A DNA stretch of 57,852 bases from Alphaproteobacteria bacterium. GTDB lineage: Bacteria; Pseudomonadota; Alphaproteobacteria; SHVW01. Positions 17,538 through 26,879 of this stretch are shown here, one piece after another. The first letter of the stretch is position 1; the number at the start of each line of letters is the position of its first letter. The translations under genes and the position numbers were made by a program. The notes beneath the pieces are model-generated. The model had not been told where the DNA came from. It saw only the letters and a program-made list of their open reading frames with translations, and did no database searches. The DNA lies in assembly GCA_009694085.1 (NCBI GenBank), contig SHVW01000003.1:1-57852 (forward strand), written 5' to 3'.

Positions 17538-20500
17538 CTAACGAAGTTCGGGCGCGCGCACCGGGAAGGATGGCAGGACCAGTGCGGTTTCCACGTCCGC
17601 CTTGCCCTCCGCGCGTGCTACAGATTTTATGGCGACGCGAACATAGATGCGCGCGGCGAGCCGCAACCCCGGCCGCGCGACGGAACCCGGGTTGGCCTGG
17701 GTCGGCACGACAAATCTGAGTGTGTGCGGTCGATTGTCGGTCAAAGTCGCAGCTTCACCGGCTGGCAGAGCCTGACGCGATAGCATATCGACGAGTGCCC
17801 AGGGGCCTTCGTACTGGAACAACGCCGTACGATCGTCAATGGACAGAGCGGGCTGAGCATCGTCGGCAAGGGGAGCGGCCGGCCCGTTACGCGCCCAGCG
17901 CAACGCCAGCTGGATGGGTTGCCCGTACTGCCAGGTCAATGCCTTCTTGCCCGGACCGAACTGGATGCGCTGGTCGGCGATTTCCAACTGCCATTCGATG
18001 ATTTCGCGGCCGCCGATCTCAGCGTTCTGATTGACGCGGAAGTCGACATCGAGCACGAAGCTGCGCCCCGGCCCTTCCGGCCCAAGCATCCCCGCAAAGA
18101 ACTGCCGTGCCGCATCGAGGCGATCGAGGAAGTCATGGACCGGGCTTGTACCGCCGGCCTGCGGTCGGGCACCGACAGCCTCGCGCACGGTCTTGGCGCG
18201 CTGGTCGTAAAGCTCAAAAAACTGCCGTAGTTGGGCGAGATCGAGATCGCCGACGCGTTGCGCTCCGGGCTCCACGAAGGGGAAGCGGCCGGCAAGACTG
18301 CGGTTGAACGCGGTCGCCAGTTCGCCATAGGCCCGGCTGCCCTGGCGGTCCATCAGCGTGCGGCATTGATCGAGCAGACTCTGGCGAAGTTGAGCCAGTC
18401 TCAGCGCGAAGAAATCGGCACCCCGGTTGGCTGCGCGCGGCGATAGCTTGGCGACGCAGCTCGCGAGATCGACCTCGTCCATCTCGCCCGCGATGAATTT
18501 CTCAAGCAGAGCCAAGCTGTTGTTGGGCCGGCTGGCATCGTAGTCCGCCAAAGTTCCGACGATGCCGTCCCACTTGGCCGCGAGCGGCCCCGCACCTCGC
18601 CCGCGCGCCGCCGTTCCCGTCAGAAATACCGCTAGCGGTTCGGCATAGTCGCGCGCAATCGCGATGATGCGCTGGCGTTGGGCGGCGAGGTGACGCGGCA
18701 AATCGGCCTGGCTCGACAGGCCGAAAGCATCCGGTGCGATCGGCCGGCTGCCGGTCCACCAGGAAAACCCGCCGCCCTGGGGCAGATAGAGCTGCTCGGC
18801 ATTGGGCAACCCATCGGCTTGGCCGAGCATGGTGATGGCATGATTGACGGCTGTTTCGGCCAAACGGTCGTAACCTTGGGCAAGTTGAAGCTGATCGAAA
18901 TATTGCAGCAAGCGCTGGAGCACGGGCGCGGCGTCGCGGAACGCGGCGATCTCCTGGCGCAGTTCTTCGTCGACCCGCAGACGGCTGCCCGATTCCGGTA
19001 GCGGCTGTTGAGCTTGGGCGACACGGTCGAGCATGGCGACATTTAGGCGATCGAGCGCCAGGTTGCGCACGATGTCCTGTAGCGGTGCGGGAAATCCGGT
19101 CAACTCATCGGCAGCGAAGAGCACGTAGGTCTCGGCCTGGCCGATCGCGGTTTGCAAGATGCGCGCATCCCATAGGAAACGGCCGCCCGTGCGCAGGTCG
19201 CGCGGCCGCGCCTCGCCCAGCATGAAGGGTTGTTCGAACCAGCGCTGCAACCGTTCGGCCAAGCTGCGAACCGGCGGCGCCAGTGTTGACCGGAGTTGAC
19301 CATCTTCCTGGGTCAGTAACGGGCCCAATGTCGGTAGTGACAATTGGCGCAGCTCGGCATTGCGCCGCGCATGTTCGCCACGCAGGAGCTGGGCCAATTC
19401 CTCGGCAAATTCGGGGCCGAATGTACGCAATGCGGCGATTTCGGCGATCAGAACGCGGATCGCCTCGGGTGGTCCGCTGCCCTGTAGCCAAGCCAGTGCG
19501 GGGCTGGTGATGGTTTCGGCTACTCCGTTCAAGCGCTCGGTCAACTTCGCGAAGGTCGCGACATCGGCACCGGGCGTCGTCGTGCCTTGGCCCGGCCCGG
19601 CGCGGCCGAGCGCGCCACGCATCAGTTCCGTTGCGTCGCGAGCCTTCTCAATCAATCCGGCGTATCCGCCCTCTTCGTCCATGCCGCCGCGAAGTTCGGC
19701 GCGGAATTTTGCGGTCGCCTCGGACCGGTAGGAGGCGGGGTCGATGTTCGTATATTCGGCATCGGCCAGCGCGCTTTGATAGTAGTAGGAGGCGTCGAAG
19801 AAACTCGGCGGCAGGGTCACGTTGAAAAGGTACAAAATCAGGCTCGCGAGGTCCCGGAGATTCTGCTTCTCGCGCAATCCATTGTATTTCTCGACCTGCT
19901 GATCGAACTCGCGGACCTGATCGACATAACGCTTCAGGCGCACCAGCACCGCCTCGCGGCTGTCAACCGGCGCACCCTGGACGTGGCCGGCCAGATCGAT
20001 GATGGATTTCAGCCGGCGTATCAGGGCACCGCGGGTAGTGGAAATGATGATGCGACTGTAGCTAAGCGACAGGGCGCGCCGGAGATCGCGCGGCGTGTTC
20101 GAAAACCAAAAGCTCGGCAACAAGGCGACCTGCCACTCGAAATCAACCTCCGCCATGGCACGCAGCAGGTTGAGAGCCATCCGCTCGTCCAGCAGATTGA
20201 CGACGGAGACTCCACCGGCACGGCTCGTCGCGTTGCTACGGCTGCCGATCTCGCGTAGGTCTCCGGCTAATTGATACATCAACGGAACGTCGCTGCGGCG
20301 CGAATCAAGCAGCAGATCATTGACCGTCCAGAGATCGACGACGGCAACAATAGCAGTGAAGCCGATCGCAACCTGGGTCGCACGCACCCAGCGGTTTTGG
20401 GACAGGGCCACGCCCTTGGCCAGTCGCGCCAACCCGCCCTCGGGAAACACTTTCTGCTCGAACAGGTGACGCAGAAAAACCTGATTCAGGCGCGGGCGCT

Positions 20501-21659
20501 CCGCGATCTCGATCGGCGGCAGGCGCAACCAGGGCGGGACGGGCTCGCGCTCGCTATCGGCCGACCCAGCCATTGCAGGAGCCGTCGCAGCTACCGGCAC
20601 CAAGGCAACCGCCGTCGATGCGACTGGACGCGGCAGGTCGCGCGTTCCCATGTCGCCGGCGAAGTAGATGCCACGCAGGAAGAAGCTTTCGTGATAGGCG
20701 CTAGCGCGGAACAAAAGGCGCAGATACTGGGTCAACGGCGCCGCCATGCGCCGGAGATCGTGCGGCAATTGGAATATTTCGTCGGCACCGGCCACGCGAT
20801 CGCGTTCGGCGAACAACTCCAGCTGCATGCGGAACAGGTCGCCATGCGCGGTTTCAAGCGCTTCGTCGACCCAGCTATCGACGAATGTCGCCTCCAACGG
20901 ATAGGGATTCGACCAGCCCAGCATGTCGTCGAGCAGGCGATCCGGCAGCGCCTGGGCAAAGGACTGGAAGCCGGGTAGCACGTCGCACTTGGTCACGACG
21001 ACATAGATTGGCAGGCGAAGGCCGAGGGTGCGCTGGGCTGCCCAGAGTGCGCCATAGAGGCGCTCGGCCTTGGCGGCGAGATAGGCAGCGTCGATATTCG
21101 CGGGATCGGCCAGATCGGTGCATGGAATTGCCAACACGACGGCGTCGGCCGGGCGTTCGGGCCGGTGCTGCACAAGTTGACGCAACACGTTGCGCCAACC
21201 CCGCTCGGCCGCCGCTCCGTCTGGCCCGAGCACGTAGTGCCCGGCCACGTCGATGACCACGCCACCGCCGAAGAACCACCAGGTGCAGCCGGCGGCGGGA
21301 TCGCTGAATTCGTCGATCTGCTTGGGCAGGCCGGCACCGGCGAGAGCCGACGACTTGCCCGAGCCGGACTCGCCCAGCATCAGCACCCAAGGCATGCGGT
21401 AGCGTGCGTCTCGTCCGGGCACGCCGGCCTCGATCTGCTCCAATGCATGAAGAAACGAGCGGCGCAAACGCAGCGGCGCGACGATGTTGGGCAACCGGAT
21501 TGTGACCATGTCGCCTGCGCCGGCTTCCGCCGGCTTGTTCAACAGCTTGAAGGCAACATAGGCAACGACCGCCAGCCCAACGAGCAAGCCCAGCCCCAGA
21601 ACCGCCAACCAGGGCAGATTGTTCAACACCAAGGCGACCAGGGCGGATTGTTGGATCAT
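17538..21659 (-). CDS. tssM: T6SS membrane subunit TssM (IcmF/ImcF family), 1373 aa
   Basis: N-terminal TM, RYRMPWVLMLGESGSGKSS Walker A, WWFF, HRPERP, PIYVVVTKCD, FLRGIYF, second TM near aa 430-447, C-terminal FQYEGPWAL. Confidence 0.92.
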   Translation of the reverse strand: MIQQSALVALVLNNLPWLAVLGLGLLVGLAVVAYVAFKLLNKPAEAGAGDMVTIRLPNIVAPLRLRRSFLHALEQIEAGVPGRDARYRMPWVLMLGESGSGKSSALAGAGLPKQIDEFSDPAAGCTWWFFGGGVVIDVAGHYVLGPDGAAAERGWRNVLRQLVQHRPERPADAVVLAIPCTDLADPANIDAAYLAAKAERLYGALWAAQRTLGLRLPIYVVVTKCDVLPGFQSFAQALPDRLLDDMLGWSNPYPLEATFVDSWVDEALETAHGDLFRMQLELFAERDRVAGADEIFQLPHDLRRMAAPLTQYLRLLFRASAYHESFFLRGIYFAGDMGTRDLPRPVASTAVALVPVAATAPAMAGSADSEREPVPPWLRLPPIEIAERPRLNQVFLRHLFEQKVFPEGGLARLAKGVALSQNRWVRATQVAIGFTAIVAVVDLWTVNDLLLDSRRSDVPLMYQLAGDLREIGSRSNATSRAGGVSVVNLLDERMALNLLRAMAEVDFEWQVALLPSFWFSNTPRDLRRALSLSYSRIIISTTRGALIRRLKSIIDLAGHVQGAPVDSREAVLVRLKRYVDQVREFDQQVEKYNGLREKQNLRDLASLILYLFNVTLPPSFFDASYYYQSALADAEYTNIDPASYRSEATAKFRAELRGGMDEEGGYAGLIEKARDATELMRGALGRAGPGQGTTTPGADVATFAKLTERLNGVAETITSPALAWLQGSGPPEAIRVLIAEIAALRTFGPEFAEELAQLLRGEHARRNAELRQLSLPTLGPLLTQEDGQLRSTLAPPVRSLAERLQRWFEQPFMLGEARPRDLRTGGRFLWDARILQTAIGQAETYVLFAADELTGFPAPLQDIVRNLALDRLNVAMLDRVAQAQQPLPESGSRLRVDEELRQEIAAFRDAAPVLQRLLQYFDQLQLAQGYDRLAETAVNHAITMLGQADGLPNAEQLYLPQGGGFSWWTGSRPIAPDAFGLSSQADLPRHLAAQRQRIIAIARDYAEPLAVFLTGTAARGRGAGPLAAKWDGIVGTLADYDASRPNNSLALLEKFIAGEMDEVDLASCVAKLSPRAANRGADFFALRLAQLRQSLLDQCRTLMDRQGSRAYGELATAFNRSLAGRFPFVEPGAQRVGDLDLAQLRQFFELYDQRAKTVREAVGARPQAGGTSPVHDFLDRLDAARQFFAGMLGPEGPGRSFVLDVDFRVNQNAEIGGREIIEWQLEIADQRIQFGPGKKALTWQYGQPIQLALRWARNGPAAPLADDAQPALSIDDRTALFQYEGPWALVDMLSRQALPAGEAATLTDNRPHTLRFVVPTQANPGSVARPGLRLAARIYVRVAIKSVARAEGKADVETALVLPSFPVRAPELR

Positions 21660-21671
21660 AACCGGCCGCGC

Positions 21672-22514
21672 CTATCGTGCCATCTCGGCGGCCACGGCGA
21701 ACACGGTCGCTAAGGCTTGAACGAGATCGGCGGTCTGGACCAGCCAGATCGCATGGGATACCGCGAGCCAAAGCGCAAACACCGCTGCCAGGCCGAGCGC
21801 CCAGCGACGCAATGGCCGCAGCCGCATACCGCCGCCCTCGCGCAACGTGTGATCGTAACTGCCGGCGCAGATGCGCAGGGATTCCGCGTCAAGCGCGGAC
21901 GGACGATGCATGACGAGGCGGAAAAGCTGGCGCCGGTAGCCGGCGAGCCGGCCCTGATCGGGCAACCGCCGATACTTACCGCGAAAGCCGAGCGACAGCA
22001 CCAGCAGGTAAATGGTGGCAAGTTCGGCCTGATTGGGATCGCGCAATTCGAGCAGGCGGTCCAAATTGGCGAACACCCGCTCGCCTGCCACATGGGATTT
22101 GAACATCAGGGATTCGACCAGGACGGATCGGTAGGCCGGCTTGTCCGACCAATTCACATCGTGCAGGAGAATTTCGTCCGCAAGCGCCGCCATGACATAG
22201 AGCGCTTCGTCGTGGATGCCCTGGACGAACTGGCTACCCTGTCGCATGGCCTGGAGCGCCAAATGTTCCAGCAGACGTTGCAGGCTGGTCGCGATCTGGC
22301 GTGCGTCGGCATCGGAATCTCGGGCATCGAACAGGGCGGGCTGCGCCGGCCCGTCGGTGGCATCCTCGGCCCGCGGCGCTACGGCAGCATCGCGCACGGC
22401 CGGCGCCGCCTGCCGGTCGGCCAGCGCGCGTTTGACCCGCATGACCTCGGAATAGAACAGCCAGAACTGATCGATCAGCGGCGAGACGATGACGGTATCG
22501 AGCACGCCGGCCAT
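21672..22514 (-). CDS. tssL: T6SS TssL (DotU family), short form without OmpA domain
   Basis: ALYVMAALADEILL, AGERVFANLDRLL, YLLVLSLGFRGKY, single C-terminal TM. Confidence 0.92.
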   Translation of the reverse strand: MAGVLDTVIVSPLIDQFWLFYSEVMRVKRALADRQAAPAVRDAAVAPRAEDATDGPAQPALFDARDSDADARQIATSLQRLLEHLALQAMRQGSQFVQGIHDEALYVMAALADEILLHDVNWSDKPAYRSVLVESLMFKSHVAGERVFANLDRLLELRDPNQAELATIYLLVLSLGFRGKYRRLPDQGRLAGYRRQLFRLVMHRPSALDAESLRICAGSYDHTLREGGGMRLRPLRRWALGLAAVFALWLAVSHAIWLVQTADLVQALATVFAVAAEMAR

Positions 22515-22553
22515 GGCCCCGCTACTCCCCCTGCTCGGATGCGATCGTCATGC

Positions 22554-23907
22554 TCACGGATTGATCCTGACATAGAGCAGAATTTCAGCCGGCCGCATCG
22601 ACGCCTCCGTCATATCCGGGTTCCATATTTCCAGCGTCATACCGGGTTCGATACTGCCGGATTCAAGAACCAGTTCATAAAGCAGAACCCCATGGCGCGG
22701 CAGCAACTCGTATTCGCCCACGGCCACGATGCGTCGCCGTTCCGCGCCGCGCACACGATCACCGAACAACTCCGGCAGCGCCTGGCTCGATCCGATCAAC
22801 GCCTTCTCAAGCCAGGCAGCAGTCGCCGCCTCCTGCGCGCCCAGCGCGCCGCGCACGCCGATCACCAATTTGTTGGAGCCAGGCTTTCTGCATGACGAGC
22901 GAGAAACGATCGAGCTGCGCCGCGAAGGATACGGGCTGGAATGCCTCTTCGATGCGCGCCAAGGATTCCTGGAGGAAGCGAATCGGTCCGCTGAAGGCGG
23001 CGCGCGGGTCGTCATGATCGTAGGGATCGAAGGGCGGGGGCACGACGCCACCGCCGATCGATGCCATCTTGCCCACCACCTCGGCCAAGGACAGGTGGAG
23101 ATCAAAGGGATGAGCGCAACCGGTCTTGAGGCGGGCTTCGAGAATCGGCAAAGCGGAAACGATGCGCCGCAACGTGGCGCGCATCTCCTCTGCCGCGGCT
23201 TGGGTTTCCAGCGTGACCGCCCCGCTGGTCTGATCGGACAGGAACACCGCCTTTTCGCGCAGCCGATTGGCAATGTCCGCGCACATCATGCCGAGCGGCG
23301 AGCGCATGGCCACCGCAAGCGTCGGCGGTACGAACTCGGTCGGCACGAAGACCTGATCGCGATAGGCGATCTTCATGAGGGGAAAGCTGACATATTTGTC
23401 CGGCGGGCGCGGCTCGCCCGCGCGGGTCGCCAACAGCAGCAGTCGCGGTTTGAGCCGTGCAATTTCAACCGTGCTGTCCGGTGCATTCTCGTCAGCGACC
23501 GGCTCGCCGTCGATCAGATCGTAGCGTGCCAATTCGGCGTCCGATGGCGCGCCGCTGGATCGTCGCGCGGCAACCGCGAGATGGACGGTCACAGGCTGGC
23601 CGCGCGCCGCCTCGGCCAGATCGGCAAGCGACAGCTGAAGGTCGCCGCCCTTGTCGGTCACATGATGCACCGCGAGGCCATCGGGCATGATCGCCTCGAG
23701 TTCGGTGACGCGGAGCGTCCCGTTGTTCAGCATTGCGGCGTCGATCACGACCGGCCGACGCACCCCCCAATGAAAGGGTTGAATCATGCCGGCGCGATAG
23801 GCGATCAAGCCCTCGGCACGGCGCGCGAGCTGCTGGAAGTGCTGCGGCACAAGCAGCATGCCTTCCTGCCATTGGATGGCTGCGGGAATGTCGCTTGCAC
23901 GGGTCAC
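22554..23907 (-). pseudogene. tssK: T6SS baseplate subunit TssK, frameshifted at ~22875
   Basis: N-part: IQWQEGMLLVPQHFQQ ... YDHDD. C-terminal domain (LVIGVRG...WLEKALIGS...RVRGAERR...LLYV) is in another frame; span 1354 nt. Confidence 0.88.
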
Positions 23908-23940
23908 GATGGCATCCTCGATCGGGGTCTTGTCATCGGC

Positions 23941-24420
23941 TCAACCCGTCGCCGTGAAGGTTTTGGCCAAAAGCGTGATCACGAGAGTCTTTTCCTTTCC
24001 CACGCGCACGCGGTGCTCACCGGGCGAGCGGTAGTTTGCGAACACGACGGCGCCGGTCGATTGCCGGCGCACATCGATCGGCCGGCCGGACAGGGTTTGA
24101 CCGGGCGTCAGTTCCCAACTCTCGATCTGAATCGTTTCGGGGTAGTCGCGCCGGAACTGTTCCCGCCGCTCGAACCACTGGCGCGCCGGCAGTTTGATCA
24201 GCTCGGCCAGCAGCATCGGATCGTAGGCGATCACCAGATCGATGGCGACGGGGCTGTTGTCGTTGGCGTTGGGCGCGGTCACGAAGGTGACGCTGTCGAG
24301 CTTGACCTCGTTGACCAGGCCGGACCAGGTGCCTAAGCCGCAAGCGGACAAGCCCAGCGTCGCCACCAGCGCCAGCGCACCGCGACGAGACAGGGAGGCA
24401 TGACGAATTAGAGATGTCAT
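23941..24420 (-). CDS. tssJ: T6SS lipoprotein TssJ-like
   Basis: Lipobox LSA-C, NANDNSPVAIDLV, WFERREQFRRD, VVFANYRSPGEHR; directly upstream of tssK. Confidence 0.82.
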   Translation of the reverse strand: MTSLIRHASLSRRGALALVATLGLSACGLGTWSGLVNEVKLDSVTFVTAPNANDNSPVAIDLVIAYDPMLLAELIKLPARQWFERREQFRRDYPETIQIESWELTPGQTLSGRPIDVRRQSTGAVVFANYRSPGEHRVRVGKEKTLVITLLAKTFTATG

Positions 24421-25217
24421 CGCAGGGGCGGCCCCCCCGGCAATTCGGTGACGACCATGGTCGGCACGCCTTCCGCGCTCTTCAGGCGATCGGCAGCACC
24501 GAGCGCGGTGTAGCGATCGGTGAAGCGGCCGACGCGCACGATATGCCAGGGCCGGCCGCTGGTATCGGTCTCGACCACCACGCGGGCATCGTGGCCGCGC
24601 TTTTTGAGATCCTCGGACAGACGCTCGGCATGGGAGCCCGTGAGGAAGGCACCAACCTGAACCGCGAAGCCGCCGGCAGCGCCCGCAGCTCTCGGCGCGC
24701 CCGCCGGCGGGCTCGCTGCCGGTGGCGCCGCACCGCCTGTCGGCGGTATCAGGCGTGTCGGCGGCGCAGGTGAGACGGATGGGCCCGGAGGCGGCGGCAC
24801 CGGTGCAGCCGCCCGCTGCTGGCCGGGCGGGGCAGCCCCAGGGGCCGGGCGGGCGGCGGGCACCGGTGACGCCGGGACCGGCTCAACTTCGGCGACTGGC
24901 GGCGGCGCGCTCGGCAAGGCCGGAACCGTGGGTCTCGCCCCCGCGGCCGGCGCCGCGGGCGCAGATGGCGCAACGCCGGGTAGAGCAGCGCTCGGCGGCA
25001 CATCCGCAGGCCTTGCCGGCAGCACAGCGACGCTAGGCGCCCGGGGCATGGCGGCCTGCGGCAGCGACCCTGAGGCCGTAGCACTCGACGCCACCGTGGA
25101 GCCGCCGAACAGGCCGACCGCCGTGATAAACCCGGCAAAAAAAACAAGCAGCGCCGCTACGGCGGCGATTCCGCCGAGCACCATGGCGACCTTGCGATTG
25201 ACCGTGATGGCCTGCAC
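24417..25217 (-). CDS. Membrane-anchored SPOR-domain protein with Pro/Ala-rich linker
   Basis: GTG start with GGAG RBS; N-terminal TM; C-terminal FAVQVGAF...WHIVRVGRF SPOR signature; stop overlaps the tssJ start. Confidence 0.88.
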   Translation of the reverse strand: MQAITVNRKVAMVLGGIAAVAALLVFFAGFITAVGLFGGSTVASSATASGSLPQAAMPRAPSVAVLPARPADVPPSAALPGVAPSAPAAPAAGARPTVPALPSAPPPVAEVEPVPASPVPAARPAPGAAPPGQQRAAAPVPPPPGPSVSPAPPTRLIPPTGGAAPPAASPPAGAPRAAGAAGGFAVQVGAFLTGSHAERLSEDLKKRGHDARVVVETDTSGRPWHIVRVGRFTDRYTALGAADRLKSAEGVPTMVVTELPGGPPLR

Positions 25218-25535
25218 CGCCTGCGGCTCCCATGCCTAATGCCATACCGGGCCCACGGCCATGCCGGGGCGCCTCCGATCCGATTTCGCCAGAGGCTGAT
25301 GGCAGTGCCGCGGCCAATCATAGTCGATGGCCTGGGCCGGTCATCGGCACCAGGTTTACAAATCAAATTATCTCAATATTTTCATAATGATTCAAGGGGA
25401 AATAAAAGCGTGATGGTAAGATCGAGGTTTGCCCCATACCCCATCTTGTACCAGCGCAGATCAGCACCCCCGTATCTTGGGGGCAAGAATGGCTCAGTCT
25501 AAACGACCTGATATGAAGTCAGAACCGGGGCGCTT

Positions 25536-26843
25536 TTAACAATCCAGCGTATGGTCGCGTTCCCATGGGGTCATGTGGCGGCAATAGTCGCTCCATTCCG
25601 CATTCTTGAGCTTGAGATAGCTATCGACGAAACCGTCGCCTAGGCCGGCGCGCAAGACCTTGCTGGCATCGAAGGCGCGCAGCGCATCGAGCAAGTTGAG
25701 CGGCAGCTTCTTCAAGCCCTTCACCTTATGGCCTTCGGTATACATGTTGATGTCGAGCCGTTTGCCCGGATCGCGTTTGTTGGCCATGCCGTCGAGCCCG
25801 GTGGCGAGCAGGCCGGCCTGGAGCAGGTAGGGATTGGCGGCGCCGTCCATCAGACGGAACTCGAAGCGGCCGGGATCGGGGATGCGCACCATATGGGTGC
25901 GGTTGTTGCCCGAATAGGTCACCGTGTTGGGCGACCAGGTGGCACCGGAGAGCGTGACCGGCGCGTTGATGCGCTTGTAGCTGTTGACCGTGGGGTTGAA
26001 CAGCGCACACAGCGCCTCGGCCGAATGGAGCACGCCACCGAGGAAGTTGTACGCAAGCTTGGACAGGCCCATCTCGTCCTTGGCATCGTCGAACAGATTG
26101 GTCCGGCCCTTGGGATCCCACAGCGAGACATGGGCGTGGCATCCATTGCCCGTCAGGTTGGTAAAGGGCTTTGGCATAAAAGTGGCACGCAAGCCGTGCT
26201 GCTCGGCAATGGTCTTGACCATGTATTTGAAGAACACGTGTCGATCGGCCGTGATTAAGCTGTCATCGTAATTCCAGTTCATCTCGAACTGGCCGTTGGC
26301 ATCCTCATGATCGTTCTGATACGGGCCCCAACCCAACTCGAGCATGGCGTCGCAGATCGCCGTGATCGTATCGTAACGCCGCATCAGAGCCTGCTGGTCG
26401 TAGCAGGGCTTGGATTGTGTGTCCTTGGGATCGCCGATCGCTTGGCCGTCCGGCGTGAGTAGAAAATATTCGGCCTCGACACCGGTCTTCATCACTTGGC
26501 CCTGTTTGGCCGCGCGTGCGATCTGCTGCTTCAAGATATGGCGCGGCCCGTGTTCGACCGGCTTGCCGGCCATGACCAGATCGCCGGCGACCCAAGCGAC
26601 TTCGCGCTTCCAGGGCAGCACGATCACGCTGGAAGGATCGGGCACCGCGAACATGTCCGGGTCGGCCGGCGTCATGTCGAGCCAGGTGGCGAAGCCGGCA
26701 AAACCGGCGCCGGCTTTCTGCATGGCGCCGATGGCAGCGGCCGGCACCAGCTTGGCACGGACATGGCCGAACAGGTCGACGAAGCTGATCAGGAAATACT
26801 TCACGCCCTTGTCGCGGGCGAATTTGGCGAGATCGGCGGTCAT
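25536..26843 (-). CDS. gmaS: Glutamine synthetase-like, gamma-glutamylmethylamide synthetase type
   Basis: GAGFAGFATWLDMTPADPD, DHEDANGQFE, TFMPKP, NNRTHMVR; follows mgsABC. Confidence 0.85.
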   Translation of the reverse strand: MTADLAKFARDKGVKYFLISFVDLFGHVRAKLVPAAAIGAMQKAGAGFAGFATWLDMTPADPDMFAVPDPSSVIVLPWKREVAWVAGDLVMAGKPVEHGPRHILKQQIARAAKQGQVMKTGVEAEYFLLTPDGQAIGDPKDTQSKPCYDQQALMRRYDTITAICDAMLELGWGPYQNDHEDANGQFEMNWNYDDSLITADRHVFFKYMVKTIAEQHGLRATFMPKPFTNLTGNGCHAHVSLWDPKGRTNLFDDAKDEMGLSKLAYNFLGGVLHSAEALCALFNPTVNSYKRINAPVTLSGATWSPNTVTYSGNNRTHMVRIPDPGRFEFRLMDGAANPYLLQAGLLATGLDGMANKRDPGKRLDINMYTEGHKVKGLKKLPLNLLDALRAFDASKVLRAGLGDGFVDSYLKLKNAEWSDYCRHMTPWERDHTLDC

Positions 26844-26879
26844 GGCTTGCCCCCCTGGCGGTAACCCCGTTGGGTAATC

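Noticed and set aside
21717-24336. Long plus-strand ORFs of 392 and 535 aa
   Set aside because: Antisense to tssL/K/J, no motifs; expected in high-GC DNA.
24700-25050. Very GC-rich repetitive-looking DNA
   Set aside because: Encodes the Pro/Ala linker of the SPOR protein; not a DNA repeat or CRISPR array.
25301-25316. Possible sigma-54 site TGGCCGCGGCACTGCC upstream of the SPOR-tss operon, with an AT-rich tract at ~25355-25412
   Set aside because: The GG-N10-GC spacing fits, but the -12 is CTGC and the ACG is absent; too likely by chance at this GC content.
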